The notes under the pieces were generated by a model. It was given only the letters and a program-made list of their open reading frames with translations. It was not told the DNA's origin and made no database searches. 64,000 bases of DNA from an uncultured Bacilli bacterium (GTDB lineage: Bacteria; Bacillota_I; Bacilli_A; RF39; UBA660): NCBI GenBank assembly GCA_934168275.1, contig CAKPNA010000003.1, forward strand, positions 47,732-111,731. Direction: 5' to 3'. Every line of letters starts with the position of its first letter. Position 1 is the stretch's first letter. Of the stretch, positions 1 to 10,280 are shown piece after piece. The position numbers were made by a program, and so were the translations under genes.

Positions 1-135
1 AATGAAGGAAAAGAAGATTCATATCGTAAAGTTCTTAAAGCTAATGGATTTGTAACAAGAGATTCAAGAGCAAAAGAAAGAAAGAAATATGGATTAAAAG
101 CTGCTAGAAGAGCACCACAATTCTCAAAGAGATAA
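1..135 (+). CDS. rpsI: 30S ribosomal protein S9, 3' end (partial; start is upstream of the window)
   Basis: Frame 1 reads ...[29 protein letters not shown]. The RRAPQFSKR tail is the conserved S9 C-terminus. TAA at 133-135. Confidence 0.85.
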   Translation, partial: NEGKEDSYRKVLKANGFVTRDSRAKERKKYGLKAARRAPQFSKR

Positions 136-143
136 TATTTATA

Positions 144-177
144 TTCCAAGAACTTACAAAGTTTTTGGAATTTTTTT
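144..177 (+). terminator. Rho-independent terminator after rpsI
   Basis: Imperfect hairpin ttccaagaac...gtttttggaa followed by T7. Confidence 0.6.
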
Positions 178-192
178 AATGCCTAACTATTA

Positions 193-222
193 TTGACTTA
201 CCATATTTATTCATAGTATAAT
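193..222 (+). promoter_or_regulatory. Sigma-A-type promoter for phosphoketolase
   Basis: TTGACT (193-198), 18-nt spacer, TATAAT (217-222). AAAGGAG RBS lies before the ATG at 248. Confidence 0.55.
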
Positions 223-247
223 TAATACATAATAAAGGAGAATAAAA

Positions 248-2590
248 ATGTATAAGAAACTAACGAATAAAGAAGTTGAAAAAATAGATAAATACTTTCG
301 AGTATCTAATTATTTAGCAGCTTGTCAATTATATTTATTAGATAACCCCCTACTAAAAAGAGAACTAAGAATAGAAGACGTAAAGAACAAAATAGTTGGT
401 CATTGGGGAACAGTACCCGGCCAAAATTTTATATATACTCACTTAAATAGAATAATTAACAAATACGATTTAAATATGATATATATATCCGGACCTGGAC
501 ACGGTGGTAATGCCATGGTTGCCCAAACATATATTGAAGGAACATATAGTGAAGTATATCCTAACATAACTGAAGATGAAGCCGGCTTAAAGAAGTTATT
601 TAAACAATTTTCTTTTCCTGGTGGCATATCATCTCATGTTGCCCCTGAAACACCAGGATCAATTAACGAAGGAGGAGAACTAGGCTATAGTCTTGCCCAC
701 GCTTATGGCGCAGTATTAGATAATCCTGACTTAATTGCCGCTTGTGTTGTTGGCGACGGTGAAGCTGAAACCGGCCCTCTTGCTACATCATGGCACTCTA
801 ACAAATTCTTAAACCCCAAAACAGATGGCGTTGTCTTACCAATCCTTCATCTAAATGGTTATAAAATAGCTAATCCAACAATATTCTCTAGAATGAGTTT
901 AACAGAATTAGGATCATTTTTTATTGGCTGTGGTTATCACCCATATTATGTTGAAGTAAAAGATGAAAAACAAGGCCATATCGACATGGCACTAACTCTA
1001 GATAAAGTAATAAATGAAATAAAAAAAATAAAATCATCCAAAGATAATAAAAGACCAATTTGGCCAATGATAATATTAAAAACTCCAAAAGGTTGGACTG
1101 GACCAAAAGTAGTTGACGGAAAGCAAGTAGAAGGTACATTTCGTGCTCACCAAGTTCCGGTATCTATCGATAAAAATAATCCTACTAACCTAAAATTATT
1201 AGAAAATTGGTTAAGAAGTTATCACCCTGAAGAGTTATTTGATGAAAATGGCACGATAATTAAAGAAATAAAAGAATTAGCTCCTAAAGGTAATAGAAGA
1301 ATGGGTGCTAATCCAGTTGCTAATGGTGGCTTATTATTAAAAGAATTAAAGACCCCTAATTTTCAAGATTACGCTGTTGAAGTACCATATCCCGGAGAAG
1401 TAATGGCTCAAGATATGATGGAACTAGGCAAATATGTAAGAGATGTTATAAAACTAAATGAAGAAGAACATAACTTCCGTGTATTTGGCCCTGATGAAAC
1501 AATGTCTAATCGACTAAACCACGTATTTGAAGCTACTAATCGTACTTGGGTTGATAAAAAATATGCCACTGACGAGTATCTAGCTAGTGATGGTAGAGTT
1601 ATGGATTCTATGTTATCCGAACATCTATGTGAAGGTTGGTTAGAAGGCTACTTATTAACAGGAAGACATGGATTTTTCAATAGTTATGAAGCATTTATTA
1701 GAATAGTTGATTCTATGGCTAGTCAACACGCTAAATGGTTAAAAGTAAGTAAAGAATTACCATGGCGAAGACCAATAGCCTCTCTAAACTATGTTTTATC
1801 ATCACATGTATGGCAACAAGACCATAATGGATATACACACCAAGATCCCGGATTCTTAAACCATTTGGTAACTAAAAAAGCTGACACTGTAAGAATATAC
1901 TTGCCACCAGATGCTAACTGTTTGTTATCATGCTTTGATCACTGTATTAAAAGTAAAAACTATATTAATGTTATCGTTGCTTCCAAACATCCACGTCCGC
2001 AATGGTTAACTATGGAAGAGGCTGTTATCCATTGCACTAAAGGCCTAGGAATATGGAAATTTGCTAGTAATGATGAAGGCTGTGAACCCGATATTGTCAT
2101 GGCTTGTTGCGGTGAAGGACCAACCCTAGAAACTTTAGCAGCCATTAAAATATTAAGAGAAAACTTTAAAGACCTAAAAATACGTATGGTTAATGTTGTT
2201 GACCTAATGAAACTACAATCTCACGATAAACACCCTCATGGCTTAACTGACGAAGACTACGATGCTATATTTACTAAAGATAAACCAATTATCTTTAACT
2301 TCCATGGTTATCCAAACCTAATTCATGAATTAACTTATAAAAGAACTAATAAAGATATTCACGTTCATGGCTATATGGAAGAAGGCACAATAACTACCCC
2401 ATTTGACATGCGTGTCCAAAACAGTATTGATAGATTTAGCCTAGTAGAAGCCGCTATTAAATGTTTACCACAATTAGGTAATAAAGGTTCATCACTTATT
2501 CAGTACTGTCAAGATAAAAAAGTAGAACATAAAGAATATATCAAAGAATACGGAATTGATATGGATGAAATAATAAATTGGAAATGGTAA
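248..2590 (+). CDS. xfp: Xylulose-5-phosphate/fructose-6-phosphate phosphoketolase
   Basis: 780 aa, family-typical length. N-terminal YLLDNPLL...[11 protein letters not shown] and GPGHGG, and [16 protein letters not shown], are typical of the TPP-dependent phosphoketolase family. Confidence 0.93.
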   Translation: MYKKLTNKEVEKIDKYFRVSNYLAACQLYLLDNPLLKRELRIEDVKNKIVGHWGTVPGQNFIYTHLNRIINKYDLNMIYISGPGHGGNAMVAQTYIEGTYSEVYPNITEDEAGLKKLFKQFSFPGGISSHVAPETPGSINEGGELGYSLAHAYGAVLDNPDLIAACVVGDGEAETGPLATSWHSNKFLNPKTDGVVLPILHLNGYKIANPTIFSRMSLTELGSFFIGCGYHPYYVEVKDEKQGHIDMALTLDKVINEIKKIKSSKDNKRPIWPMIILKTPKGWTGPKVVDGKQVEGTFRAHQVPVSIDKNNPTNLKLLENWLRSYHPEELFDENGTIIKEIKELAPKGNRRMGANPVANGGLLLKELKTPNFQDYAVEVPYPGEVMAQDMMELGKYVRDVIKLNEEEHNFRVFGPDETMSNRLNHVFEATNRTWVDKKYATDEYLASDGRVMDSMLSEHLCEGWLEGYLLTGRHGFFNSYEAFIRIVDSMASQHAKWLKVSKELPWRRPIASLNYVLSSHVWQQDHNGYTHQDPGFLNHLVTKKADTVRIYLPPDANCLLSCFDHCIKSKNYINVIVASKHPRPQWLTMEEAVIHCTKGLGIWKFASNDEGCEPDIVMACCGEGPTLETLAAIKILRENFKDLKIRMVNVVDLMKLQSHDKHPHGLTDEDYDAIFTKDKPIIFNFHGYPNLIHELTYKRTNKDIHVHGYMEEGTITTPFDMRVQNSIDRFSLVEAAIKCLPQLGNKGSSLIQYCQDKKVEHKEYIKEYGIDMDEIINWKW

Positions 2591-2596
2591 AATGTA

Positions 2597-2642
2597 AATA
2601 GATGTAAAAAGAAGTAAAAAAACTTGCTACATCTATTTTTTC
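2597..2642 (+). terminator. Rho-independent terminator after xfp
   Basis: atagatgta...tacatctat stem followed by a T-run. Confidence 0.6.
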
Positions 2643-2676
2643 TTTATATAATTAAAATAGATAGAGGAGGAAGAAA

Positions 2677-3729
2677 ATGAACGGAATAAGAGTAGTTCAA
2701 TATGGATGTGGAAAAATGTCTGCATACACTATGAGATATGTAATTGAATCAGGTGCCCAAATAGTTGGAGCTATTGATATTAATCCTGACTTAATTGGTC
2801 AAGATATTAGTACTGTAATAGGAGGTAGTGAAACAGGAATCAAAATTACTGCCCTAGGTAATGCTGAAAGTCTATTATTAGAACTAAAACCTGATATTTG
2901 TATCATTACCACTATGAGTTTATTAAACGATTGTAAAGATGCCTTAATGTTATGTGCTAGTCTAGGAATAAATGCTATAACAACATGTGAAGAAGCATTC
3001 TATCCAATGAATTCAAATCCTAAATTAACTAAAGAATTAGATGAAATGGCTAGAAGACATAACTGTACAATAACAGGAAGTGGTTACCAAGATGCCTTTT
3101 GGGGAAATCTTATAACTACCCTAGCCGGAGCCACTCATAAAATAACTAAAATTAAAGGAAGCTCATCATATAATGTTGAAGATTATGGAATAGCCTTAGC
3201 CAAAGCTCATGGTGCGGGTTTAACATTAGAGCAATTTGCTACTGATGTTGCAGCTTCTGATGATATAACAGAAGAAGAACGTCGAATGTTAATTGATAAT
3301 GGTGAGTTCTTACCAAGTTATATGTGGAATGTTAATGGTTGGTTATGTGATAAACTAGGACTAACTGTATTAAGTCAAAGCCAGAAATGTGTCCCACAAA
3401 CTCATAATGAAGATATTGATTCACAAACATTAAAAATGACGGTTAAAAAAGGAGACGCTACCGGTATGAGTGCCGTAGTTACAACAACTACTAAAGAAGG
3501 TATAACTTTAGAAACAGAATGTATTGGTAAAGTATATTCTAAAGATGATTATGACGTCAATGCTTGGGAAGTAATAGGAGAACCTAATACTAAACTAGTT
3601 ATTGAAAGACCGGCTACTGTTGAATTAACATGTGCCACAATCGTTAATAGAATACCTGATGTTATCAAAGCTAAACCAGGCTATGTTCCAACATCTCGTA
3701 TGGGTGAATTAAAATATATCGTTAAATAA
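2677..3729 (+). CDS. NAD(P)-dependent oxidoreductase of the DapB-like / amine dehydrogenase (2,4-diaminopentanoate dehydrogenase-like) type
   Basis: 350 aa. N-terminal Rossmann-like VVQYGCGKMSAYTMRYV...GAQIVGAID. GGAGG RBS. The family assignment is from recollection of similar proteins, not a search. Confidence 0.6.
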   Translation: MNGIRVVQYGCGKMSAYTMRYVIESGAQIVGAIDINPDLIGQDISTVIGGSETGIKITALGNAESLLLELKPDICIITTMSLLNDCKDALMLCASLGINAITTCEEAFYPMNSNPKLTKELDEMARRHNCTITGSGYQDAFWGNLITTLAGATHKITKIKGSSSYNVEDYGIALAKAHGAGLTLEQFATDVAASDDITEEERRMLIDNGEFLPSYMWNVNGWLCDKLGLTVLSQSQKCVPQTHNEDIDSQTLKMTVKKGDATGMSAVVTTTTKEGITLETECIGKVYSKDDYDVNAWEVIGEPNTKLVIERPATVELTCATIVNRIPDVIKAKPGYVPTSRMGELKYIVK

Positions 3730-3798
3730 ATAATATAAGGATTTAAGATAACTTCTTAAGTCTTTTTTTATAAAACAATTATTTTAGCGAAAAAATGT

Positions 3799-3827
3799 TT
3801 GACAAAATGACCGAGTTGTGCTAAAAT
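3799..3827 (+). promoter_or_regulatory. Near-consensus extended -10 sigma-A promoter
   Basis: TTGACA (3799-3804), 17-nt spacer, TGcTAAAAT (-10 at 3822-3827), upstream of the GGGAGG RBS and ATG 3853. Confidence 0.7.
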
Positions 3828-3852
3828 AAGCCTCACTAAGGGAGGTTTTAGT

Positions 3853-5082
3853 ATGTATAATTACAATTCAATCGAAGATGAAGAAGAAAAAAAGATTAAT
3901 TGGATAAGTTTATTTGTAAAAGTTGCAGTTGTCGTTGTATTAATTATTATATTCGTATGGTTAATATCACTAATGGCAAGAAAAAACAATAACAATACTA
4001 GCAAAAATATAAATTTAATGAAAGAGGCCGGTGAAAAATATTTCACTGAAGAAAGATTACCGGAAGTAAATAGCTCAAGTGTAAAGGTTTCACTAAATGA
4101 ATTATATAGTGAAAAATTACTTGATACTATTACAGATAAAAACGGTAAAGCATGTGATAGCAATAAATCTTATATCTTACTAACTAAGTATAATGATGGC
4201 TATAACATGAAAATATACTTAAAGTGTTCTAAAACAGAAGAAAAAGCCACTATTGTAATGAAACAATATAGTTATTGTAAATATACAATATGTGAAAAAG
4301 ATAATAATAAGAAAGACGAAGTAATTATTTCTAAACCAAATAATTATAAATATGTTAAACCAGGTTATTTCACAGAGTGGGGTAATTTTACAGCATGGAC
4401 AACAGATAAAGTAGAATCAAGTGATACCGTAAAAGTAGAAACAAAGGTTCAAACAACTACTAAAGAAATACCGGGTACTGTTAAAGAAATGGAAAAAACT
4501 AATACAATATGTCCACAAGGTTATAGTATGGGCAATGGCACATGTGTAAAATCAAATACCTCATATGCTAATCCGGTATGTGGATCAGGATATATTAGTA
4601 GAAATGGCTTTACATGTACTTATAAAGGACAAGATGAGAAAAAAGAAACATATCAAGGTACAGGAGTAAGCGATAAAATGCCAAGTAATACAAGCAATTA
4701 TCGTTATGAATATGTATCATCAAAATTTGTAAGTTCTAAAGGAAAGTTCCAATATACATATAAAATATATAAAATAACATATACTCAAACAACATATACA
4801 GGAAGTGCTTCATGTCCATCAGGTTATAGCAGATCAGGAAGTAGTTGTATAAGCTCAACAACAAGTAATGTAGATATAACATGTCCTGAAAATTATAGTA
4901 TTAGTGATGATAAGACATATTGTTATAGATATGTTGATAAACAAACAACTAATATTCAAAAAATAAATACAACATATTATCGCTATGCTACTAGACAATA
5001 TATCAAAGAAGATATTAAATATAGCAAATCAAGTAATGACCAAGAATTAATAAACAAAGGTTATAAATTATATGAGGAGTGA
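3853..5082 (+). CDS. Membrane-anchored Cys-repeat protein, function unknown
   Basis: 409 aa. N-terminal hydrophobic anchor VKVAVVVVLIIIFVWLISLM. Four C-x-x-G/N-Y-S...C repeats (CPQGYSMGNGTC, CGSGYISRNGFTC, CPSGYSRSGSSC, CPENYSISDDKTYC). Confidence 0.7.
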   Translation: MYNYNSIEDEEEKKINWISLFVKVAVVVVLIIIFVWLISLMARKNNNNTSKNINLMKEAGEKYFTEERLPEVNSSSVKVSLNELYSEKLLDTITDKNGKACDSNKSYILLTKYNDGYNMKIYLKCSKTEEKATIVMKQYSYCKYTICEKDNNKKDEVIISKPNNYKYVKPGYFTEWGNFTAWTTDKVESSDTVKVETKVQTTTKEIPGTVKEMEKTNTICPQGYSMGNGTCVKSNTSYANPVCGSGYISRNGFTCTYKGQDEKKETYQGTGVSDKMPSNTSNYRYEYVSSKFVSSKGKFQYTYKIYKITYTQTTYTGSASCPSGYSRSGSSCISSTTSNVDITCPENYSISDDKTYCYRYVDKQTTNIQKINTTYYRYATRQYIKEDIKYSKSSNDQELINKGYKLYEE

Positions 5083-5088
5083 TAAAAA

Positions 5089-6237
5089 ATGGAATGTAGA
5101 AAAATATTTGTAAGAAAAAATAAAGATAATAAATATGGATTCTATTATTGTAAAGTAGATAAATTTATCGAAGGTTATAGTTATGATACAGTAAAAGAAG
5201 CTAATGATGCTCTACATAATTTACCCGAAGAAGAATTAATCTCACTAATAGATGAAACAAGAAAAAATAATGAACCAGTTGATTGTGATGAAAGAATAAC
5301 ATTCAAACCATATAAAATTGAAGATAATAAATATGGTATAAGAAGTTGTGATAACGTAGTAATTCCTTATATTAAATCATCTAAAGAAGAAATAAAGGCT
5401 ATGCTAAATGATGATGAAACACTAGAAAAAATTGATGAAGAATATCAAAAAATAGTAATAAAAACAGAAACTGCTAGTGGAAACCTAAAGAAAAATGTTG
5501 GTAAAAGAATAATTGCTCTTGCCTTAACTGTTGCTTTTGGTTCAGGAATTGTTGCCTTATTAGCTAACATGAATAAAAAAGCCACTAATATTCGCCCAAC
5601 AAATCCTACAACTTCGACAACAGCACCAACAACAAGACCAACAACTGCTCCAACAGATCCTGCTCAAACAATCGCAGCAAATCATAAAAAATTAGCTCAA
5701 AATTTAGTTGGACCTAACTTAAGCAAAGATAAATTAGAAAAATTAGTTATGTATATGAACTTAAGTGATTATGCTAATGTTAATATAAATATTTCTGTAG
5801 AAAGTCTTTATACTAATTATACTGACTGTATTGATGAAATATTAAATTATGATTTACAAAATAGTACTAAACTAAGATTAAGTTCAGCTATTAACAATAC
5901 TACTCAAAAGAATTGTTTAAAAGTTATTGAAGATTATCGTGATAATATATATAGTACTACTGATGAAAGTACACTTATTAGTTATTATAATGGATTAGTT
6001 AACTATCTAAAAAGTAATAACATGAACGAAATAACATCATCAGTATCCATTATTGCTCTTAATGAAATATATATATACGCTAATAACTTCTTTAACGATG
6101 AAATATTTACTTTAAGAGATGAGTTAATAGAATACATTAGTGTTAATAAACGAGACGTAATTAATGATGGATATGATATATTAAATAACAAAAAATTATC
6201 TGAAGTAAGTTATACTAAAGTATTAACAAGAGCTTAA
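5089..6237 (+). CDS. Hypothetical single-pass membrane protein with Pro/Thr-rich linker
   Basis: 382 aa. TM segment IIALALTVAFGSGIVALLA followed by PTNPTTSTTAPTTRPTTAPTDP. Starts 7 nt after the previous stop. Confidence 0.65.
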   Translation: MECRKIFVRKNKDNKYGFYYCKVDKFIEGYSYDTVKEANDALHNLPEEELISLIDETRKNNEPVDCDERITFKPYKIEDNKYGIRSCDNVVIPYIKSSKEEIKAMLNDDETLEKIDEEYQKIVIKTETASGNLKKNVGKRIIALALTVAFGSGIVALLANMNKKATNIRPTNPTTSTTAPTTRPTTAPTDPAQTIAANHKKLAQNLVGPNLSKDKLEKLVMYMNLSDYANVNINISVESLYTNYTDCIDEILNYDLQNSTKLRLSSAINNTTQKNCLKVIEDYRDNIYSTTDESTLISYYNGLVNYLKSNNMNEITSSVSIIALNEIYIYANNFFNDEIFTLRDELIEYISVNKRDVINDGYDILNNKKLSEVSYTKVLTRA

Positions 6238-6247
6238 TATAAGTATA

Positions 6248-6288
6248 GAAAGAATAGTTTAAAATTAATAATAAAACTATTCTTTTTC
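6248..6288 (+). terminator. Rho-independent terminator
   Basis: gaaagaatagttt...aaactattcttt stem followed by Ts. Confidence 0.6.
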
Positions 6289-6324
6289 TATGTGAATTAT
6301 AGTATAATAATTACTGTGATGTAA

Positions 6325-6723
6325 ATGAAAAAGTTTGTAATAATAGTAGTATCTATCTTAATAATTATCTTACTTAGTATTGTATATCTAGGTAGTAATG
6401 TTAGTAAATATAATTCTAATTTAAATAAGCTGATTAAAGATAATTATCACGTAGATAATAAGTTAATTAGTGTAAATAAATATGATAATTATTATATTCT
6501 AACAACTAGTGCTAATATAATCGTTCTAAATAGTAAATATCAAGAAATACTTAAAGAAGATATATCTAAAATAAAAGAATCCAATAATATGAGTATAATA
6601 TATAAAAATAATAGTCTAATGTATTTAGAAAAAGAAATAAGTAAAGATAAAGTTATCTATAAATACTATAATCCAAGTAATTTAGAACTAATAAAAGAAA
6701 TAACTTTCAGGAGGCAATTATGA
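6325..6723 (+). CDS. Small membrane-anchored hypothetical protein
   Basis: 132 aa with an N-terminal TM segment. Its stop overlaps the dnaD start (ATGA at 6720-6723). Confidence 0.6.
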   Translation: MKKFVIIVVSILIIILLSIVYLGSNVSKYNSNLNKLIKDNYHVDNKLISVNKYDNYYILTTSANIIVLNSKYQEILKEDISKIKESNNMSIIYKNNSLMYLEKEISKDKVIYKYYNPSNLELIKEITFRRQL

Positions 6724-7370
6724 GTGAAAAATTAATAAATTATTTAAAAGAAAAACCAATAATTATCCCAAGAGTATTACTAACTAATTACTCGAAATTA
6801 AATATAACTGCTGAAGAACTAATTATTCTAATTTATCTAATGGATAAAGGTAATAATATAATTTATGATATTAACTTATTTGTTAAAGAATTAAGTTTTA
6901 CTAAAAGAAAAGTAATTGAGCTTATCAACAATTTAGTAGAAAAGAATATCCTAAATATTACAATTAATAAAAATAATGATAATGTTAGTGAAGAATATTT
7001 AAATTTAGATATGTTATATCGTAAGATTACTAATATTATATTAGATAAAGAATTACCTAGTAGTACCAATAATGAAGATCTATTTACTATCTTTGAAAAA
7101 GAATTTGGTCGAACAATATCTCCTACTGAATATGAAAAAATTAATAGTTGGTTAAACGAAGATATTGATAAGACTCTAATTGTTGAAGCCCTAAAAGAAG
7201 CTGTTTATAATAGTACTACTAGTCTAAGATATATCGAAACCATTCTTTATAGTTGGAAAAAGAAAGGTATAAAAACCAAAGAAGACGTTAATAAAGAACG
7301 TATTAGATATAAGAAAAGTAAAAACGAAGTAATTGAAGTTCCTGATTTTGATTGGGTGAATAATGAATAA
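6720..7370 (+). CDS. dnaD: DnaD-domain replication initiation / membrane attachment protein
   Basis: 216 aa. C-terminal FEKEFGRTISPTEYEKINSWL...LIVEALKEAV...LRYIETILYSWKKKGIKT is the DnaD/DnaB_2 signature. The dnaD-nth order matches Bacillus. Confidence 0.8.
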   Translation: MSEKLINYLKEKPIIIPRVLLTNYSKLNITAEELIILIYLMDKGNNIIYDINLFVKELSFTKRKVIELINNLVEKNILNITINKNNDNVSEEYLNLDMLYRKITNIILDKELPSSTNNEDLFTIFEKEFGRTISPTEYEKINSWLNEDIDKTLIVEALKEAVYNSTTSLRYIETILYSWKKKGIKTKEDVNKERIRYKKSKNEVIEVPDFDWVNNE

Positions 7371-7983
7371 TATCTTAACTTATTTAGATGAATTATATCC
7401 TAACCCTAAATGCGAATTAGAATATACCAAAGACTATGAACTATTAATTGCTATTGTTTTAAGTGCTCAAACAACTGATAAAAGAGTAAATATTGTCAAT
7501 AAAACTTTATTTGCTAAATATGATACTCTAGATAAACTAGCTAATGCTGATCCTAAAGATATTGCCAAAATAATAAAAAGTATTGGTACATACACTAAAA
7601 AAAGTGAATATGTTGTTGGCATTGCTAAAACTCTTGTTCAAGATGGCTATTATACGGTTCCTAACAATCGCCAATATCTTGAAAAATTACCCGGAGTAGG
7701 TCGCAAAACTATTAATGTATTTCTATCTGTAATTTATAATGAACCATGTATCGCCGTAGATACCCATGTCAATAGAGTAAGTAAAAGACTGGGTCTAGCC
7801 AAAGAAAAAGATGATGTTCTAACAGTTGAACATAAACTAATGAAAAAAATACCAAAAGATAAATGGAATAAAGCCCACCATCAATTAGTATTTTTCGGCC
7901 GTTATCAATGCAAAGCGCTTAAACCAAACTGTGAAAATTGTAAATTAAAAGAGCAATGTAAATACTACTACGAAAATAAGTGA
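7363..7983 (+). CDS. nth: Endonuclease III (DNA-(apurinic/apyrimidinic site) lyase)
   Basis: 206 aa. HhH-GPD motif LPGVGRKTINV, catalytic ...VDTHV..., C-terminal Fe-S cluster loop CKALKPNCENCKLKEQC. Confidence 0.92.
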   Translation: MNNILTYLDELYPNPKCELEYTKDYELLIAIVLSAQTTDKRVNIVNKTLFAKYDTLDKLANADPKDIAKIIKSIGTYTKKSEYVVGIAKTLVQDGYYTVPNNRQYLEKLPGVGRKTINVFLSVIYNEPCIAVDTHVNRVSKRLGLAKEKDDVLTVEHKLMKKIPKDKWNKAHHQLVFFGRYQCKALKPNCENCKLKEQCKYYYENK

Positions 7984-8180
7984 TTTACTCCATTATTTAC
8001 AGTGGTGGGCTTCTTTCTGCTCCTTAGAAATACATAATTACGTACTTCATCCACAGACATAAATTCCGATAGGTGCTACCGTACTATAGTTTAATTATAA
8101 TAAAATTTACATTAATATATTTTATATACGGCTATATATAGATATATCATAATAAATACAAAAAATCTATAAAATTAACT

Positions 8181-8209
8181 AAAAAAACCACTTTTTTTAT
8201 AAGTGGCTT
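8181..8209 (-). terminator. Rho-independent terminator after the ferredoxin gene
   Basis: On the minus strand: ccactt-ataaaaa-aagtgg followed by T7. Confidence 0.65.
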
Positions 8210-8416
8210 TTATTCTCTACTATTAATTACTTCACTAATAGCATCAGTAGGACAATATTTAATAGCATCTTTTACCTTGCTAACCATATCTTCCTTAATA
8301 TCATCACATATTACTTGAGCTTGACCATCATCATCAAAATCAAAAACTTGGCCATCAGTTAAAGCAACACAACTTCCACAGCCAATACATTTATCTTTCT
8401 TAACTATTACATCCAT
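8210..8416 (-). CDS. Small 4Fe-4S ferredoxin
   Basis: CIGCGSCV...YCP cluster motifs. I place the start at ATG 8416 (MDVIVKK...) because a GGAGG (8425-8429) sits 8 nt upstream. The ORF track extends to 8431. Confidence 0.85.
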   Translation of the reverse strand: MDVIVKKDKCIGCGSCVALTDGQVFDFDDDGQAQVICDDIKEDMVSKVKDAIKYCPTDAISEVINSRE

Positions 8417-8527
8417 TATTGTAACCTCCATAAAAATTATATATATAAATTAACAAAAAATCAATTAAATTATTTAAAATAATTAAAAATTATGGTATTA
8501 TATACTTATAGTAGGAAGGTGCTTTAT

Positions 8528-9277
8528 ATGGAAAGTAGAGAAGAAAGATACAGTAATAACTTATCTAGACAATCTAAAAATAAAGATTTATATAATCAAG
8601 TATATGGCTTAGAAGATAATTTAGATAATTTACCACTATCTAAAAATGAAATATATATAACTGAAATGCAAACAGAAATAAATACCCGTGATGAGTATCG
8701 TAAATCACGAGGTGATAAAACATTATCTGAAACTACGCCACAAGTGAAAGAAGAAAGTATCCCTATCCAAGAAGTAGAAAAAAATGTCTATGATATTAAT
8801 AAAGTATTAGATAAAGTAAAAGCTGATAACGAAAAGAAAAATCAACCAGAACAACCAGCTCCTAAAGAAGATTATTTAAAGAAACTAAATATTGATAATA
8901 TTGATGAAGTAAAAGAAATGTATGACGATATTATCTCATCAGTAGATGAAGAAACTGAAAACAAATTACAAAAGACTGCTAATTTATCACTAGAGATTTT
9001 ATCTGACCTAAAAGGTGATAACGAAGAAACGATGATTACTGCTCCAATTATTGAAGATGAATTACCTGAAATAGAAAAAACTAAAAAAATGAATTTCTAT
9101 ACCGGTAATTGTAAATTTAATAAGAGTGATTTTGAATCAAATGATGAAGAAGAAGATGAAGACTTTGTAGATACTTCTAGTAAAGGCACAACTTGGAAAT
9201 TAATCTTATTATTTATATTTGTAATATTAGCCACTGTTGGAGTATTATATTTTTTAAATAAAACAGGAAAAATTTAA
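8528..9277 (+). CDS. Acidic hypothetical protein with C-terminal TM anchor
   Basis: ORF 8492-9277. The ATG at 8528 is preceded by AGGAAGG. Glu/Asp-rich, with a C-terminal WKLILLFIFVILATVGVLYF segment. Confidence 0.6.
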   Translation: MESREERYSNNLSRQSKNKDLYNQVYGLEDNLDNLPLSKNEIYITEMQTEINTRDEYRKSRGDKTLSETTPQVKEESIPIQEVEKNVYDINKVLDKVKADNEKKNQPEQPAPKEDYLKKLNIDNIDEVKEMYDDIISSVDEETENKLQKTANLSLEILSDLKGDNEETMITAPIIEDELPEIEKTKKMNFYTGNCKFNKSDFESNDEEEDEDFVDTSSKGTTWKLILLFIFVILATVGVLYFLNKTGKI

Positions 9278-9316
9278 GAAGAATTCATACTTCTTTTTTA
9301 ATAATATATCGAAAGG

Positions 9317-9787
9317 ATGATATTAATGAACAATAAAGGATTTACTTTAGTAGAACTATTAGCCACAATTATTATATTAGGTTTAGTAACCGGTATAAGT
9401 ATAATGTCCTATACTAGTTATTTAAATAATGCTAAGTCTAAAACTGAAGAAGTATTTAAGAATAATGTTTCTGATTATATTGACGCTTTTATATCCGCTA
9501 ATACTAGTAAATTAACTGATGATACTTTAGCCGGTAATAATGTATATACCCAAAAATATGATGATCATTCAATAACATTTCAAGACATTATAAATGATAA
9601 TATAATTATTCCTAGTAATTTAAAGAATAGTGCTAATAAAAAGACATGCTCTACAAATACTAATATAACAGTATATCGTGATAACCACTATGTATATTGC
9701 TATATAGTAGAACTAGATTGCCTAGATAGTAGTGATAATAGATTAACTAATTGTTCAAGCTATATAATGGATAGAATAGGAGGATAA
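9317..9787 (+). CDS. Prepilin-type N-terminal cleavage/methylation domain protein (ComGC/pseudopilin-like)
   Basis: N-terminus M(ILM)NNKGFTLVELLATIIILGLV is the class III signal G/FTLxE motif. The start could be ATG 9326. Confidence 0.8.
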   Translation: MILMNNKGFTLVELLATIIILGLVTGISIMSYTSYLNNAKSKTEEVFKNNVSDYIDAFISANTSKLTDDTLAGNNVYTQKYDDHSITFQDIINDNIIIPSNLKNSANKKTCSTNTNITVYRDNHYVYCYIVELDCLDSSDNRLTNCSSYIMDRIGG

Positions 9788-9791
9788 TATA

Positions 9792-10280
9792 TTGAAAAAA
9801 GGGAAAAGTATTATCTTAATATTAAGTCTATTAATAATAGATATTTTAAGTAAAGAAATAATTAGTGCTCTAGTACCATTAAATCATAGTATTAAAATAA
9901 TACCTAGTTTTTTCTCTATAACTAATGTTCATAATTATGGAATAGCATGGAGTATGTTAAATGGGCATAGATATCTAATTATTTGTATTACCACTATTAT
10001 TATTGTAATCCTAGCAAACTATTTACATAAAAATAATAATATGTTAAAATATGAAACTATATCTTATTTAATGATTATTGCCGGTTCATTAGGTAACCTA
10101 TATGATAGAATTATTTATGGATATGTAATTGACTTTTTAGACTTTAACATATTTGGATATAATTATCCAATATTTAATATTGCCGATAGTTATATAGTTA
10201 TAGGAATAATAATACTAATAATTGGTATATGGAGGGATAACAATGACAGAAATAAAAGTAGAGGAAGAAGAACTAACTAG
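9792..10280 (+). CDS. lspA: Lipoprotein signal peptidase II
   Basis: 162 aa, TTG start. NYGIAWSM and FNIADS conserved boxes. The lspA-rluD gene order is typical of Firmicutes. Confidence 0.9.
   Translation: MKKGKSIILILSLLIIDILSKEIISALVPLNHSIKIIPSFFSITNVHNYGIAWSMLNGHRYLIICITTIIIVILANYLHKNNNMLKYETISYLMIIAGSLGNLYDRIIYGYVIDFLDFNIFGYNYPIFNIADSYIVIGIIILIIGIWRDNNDRNKSRGRRTN

Noticed and set aside
439-2145. Minus-strand ORFs of 60-72 aa inside the phosphoketolase gene (439-627, 921-1139, 1960-2145). The same kind of antisense ORF occurs inside many other genes, e.g. 3861-4163, 11381-11713, 22056-22656, 23446-24215, 46039-47277, 47913-48731, 52053-52484, 58073-58966 and 60425-60721.
   Set aside because: They lie antisense within long, well-supported genes and lack RBSs. 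Their low-complexity, Leu/Phe/Ser-rich translations are typical of shadow ORFs in AT-rich DNA.
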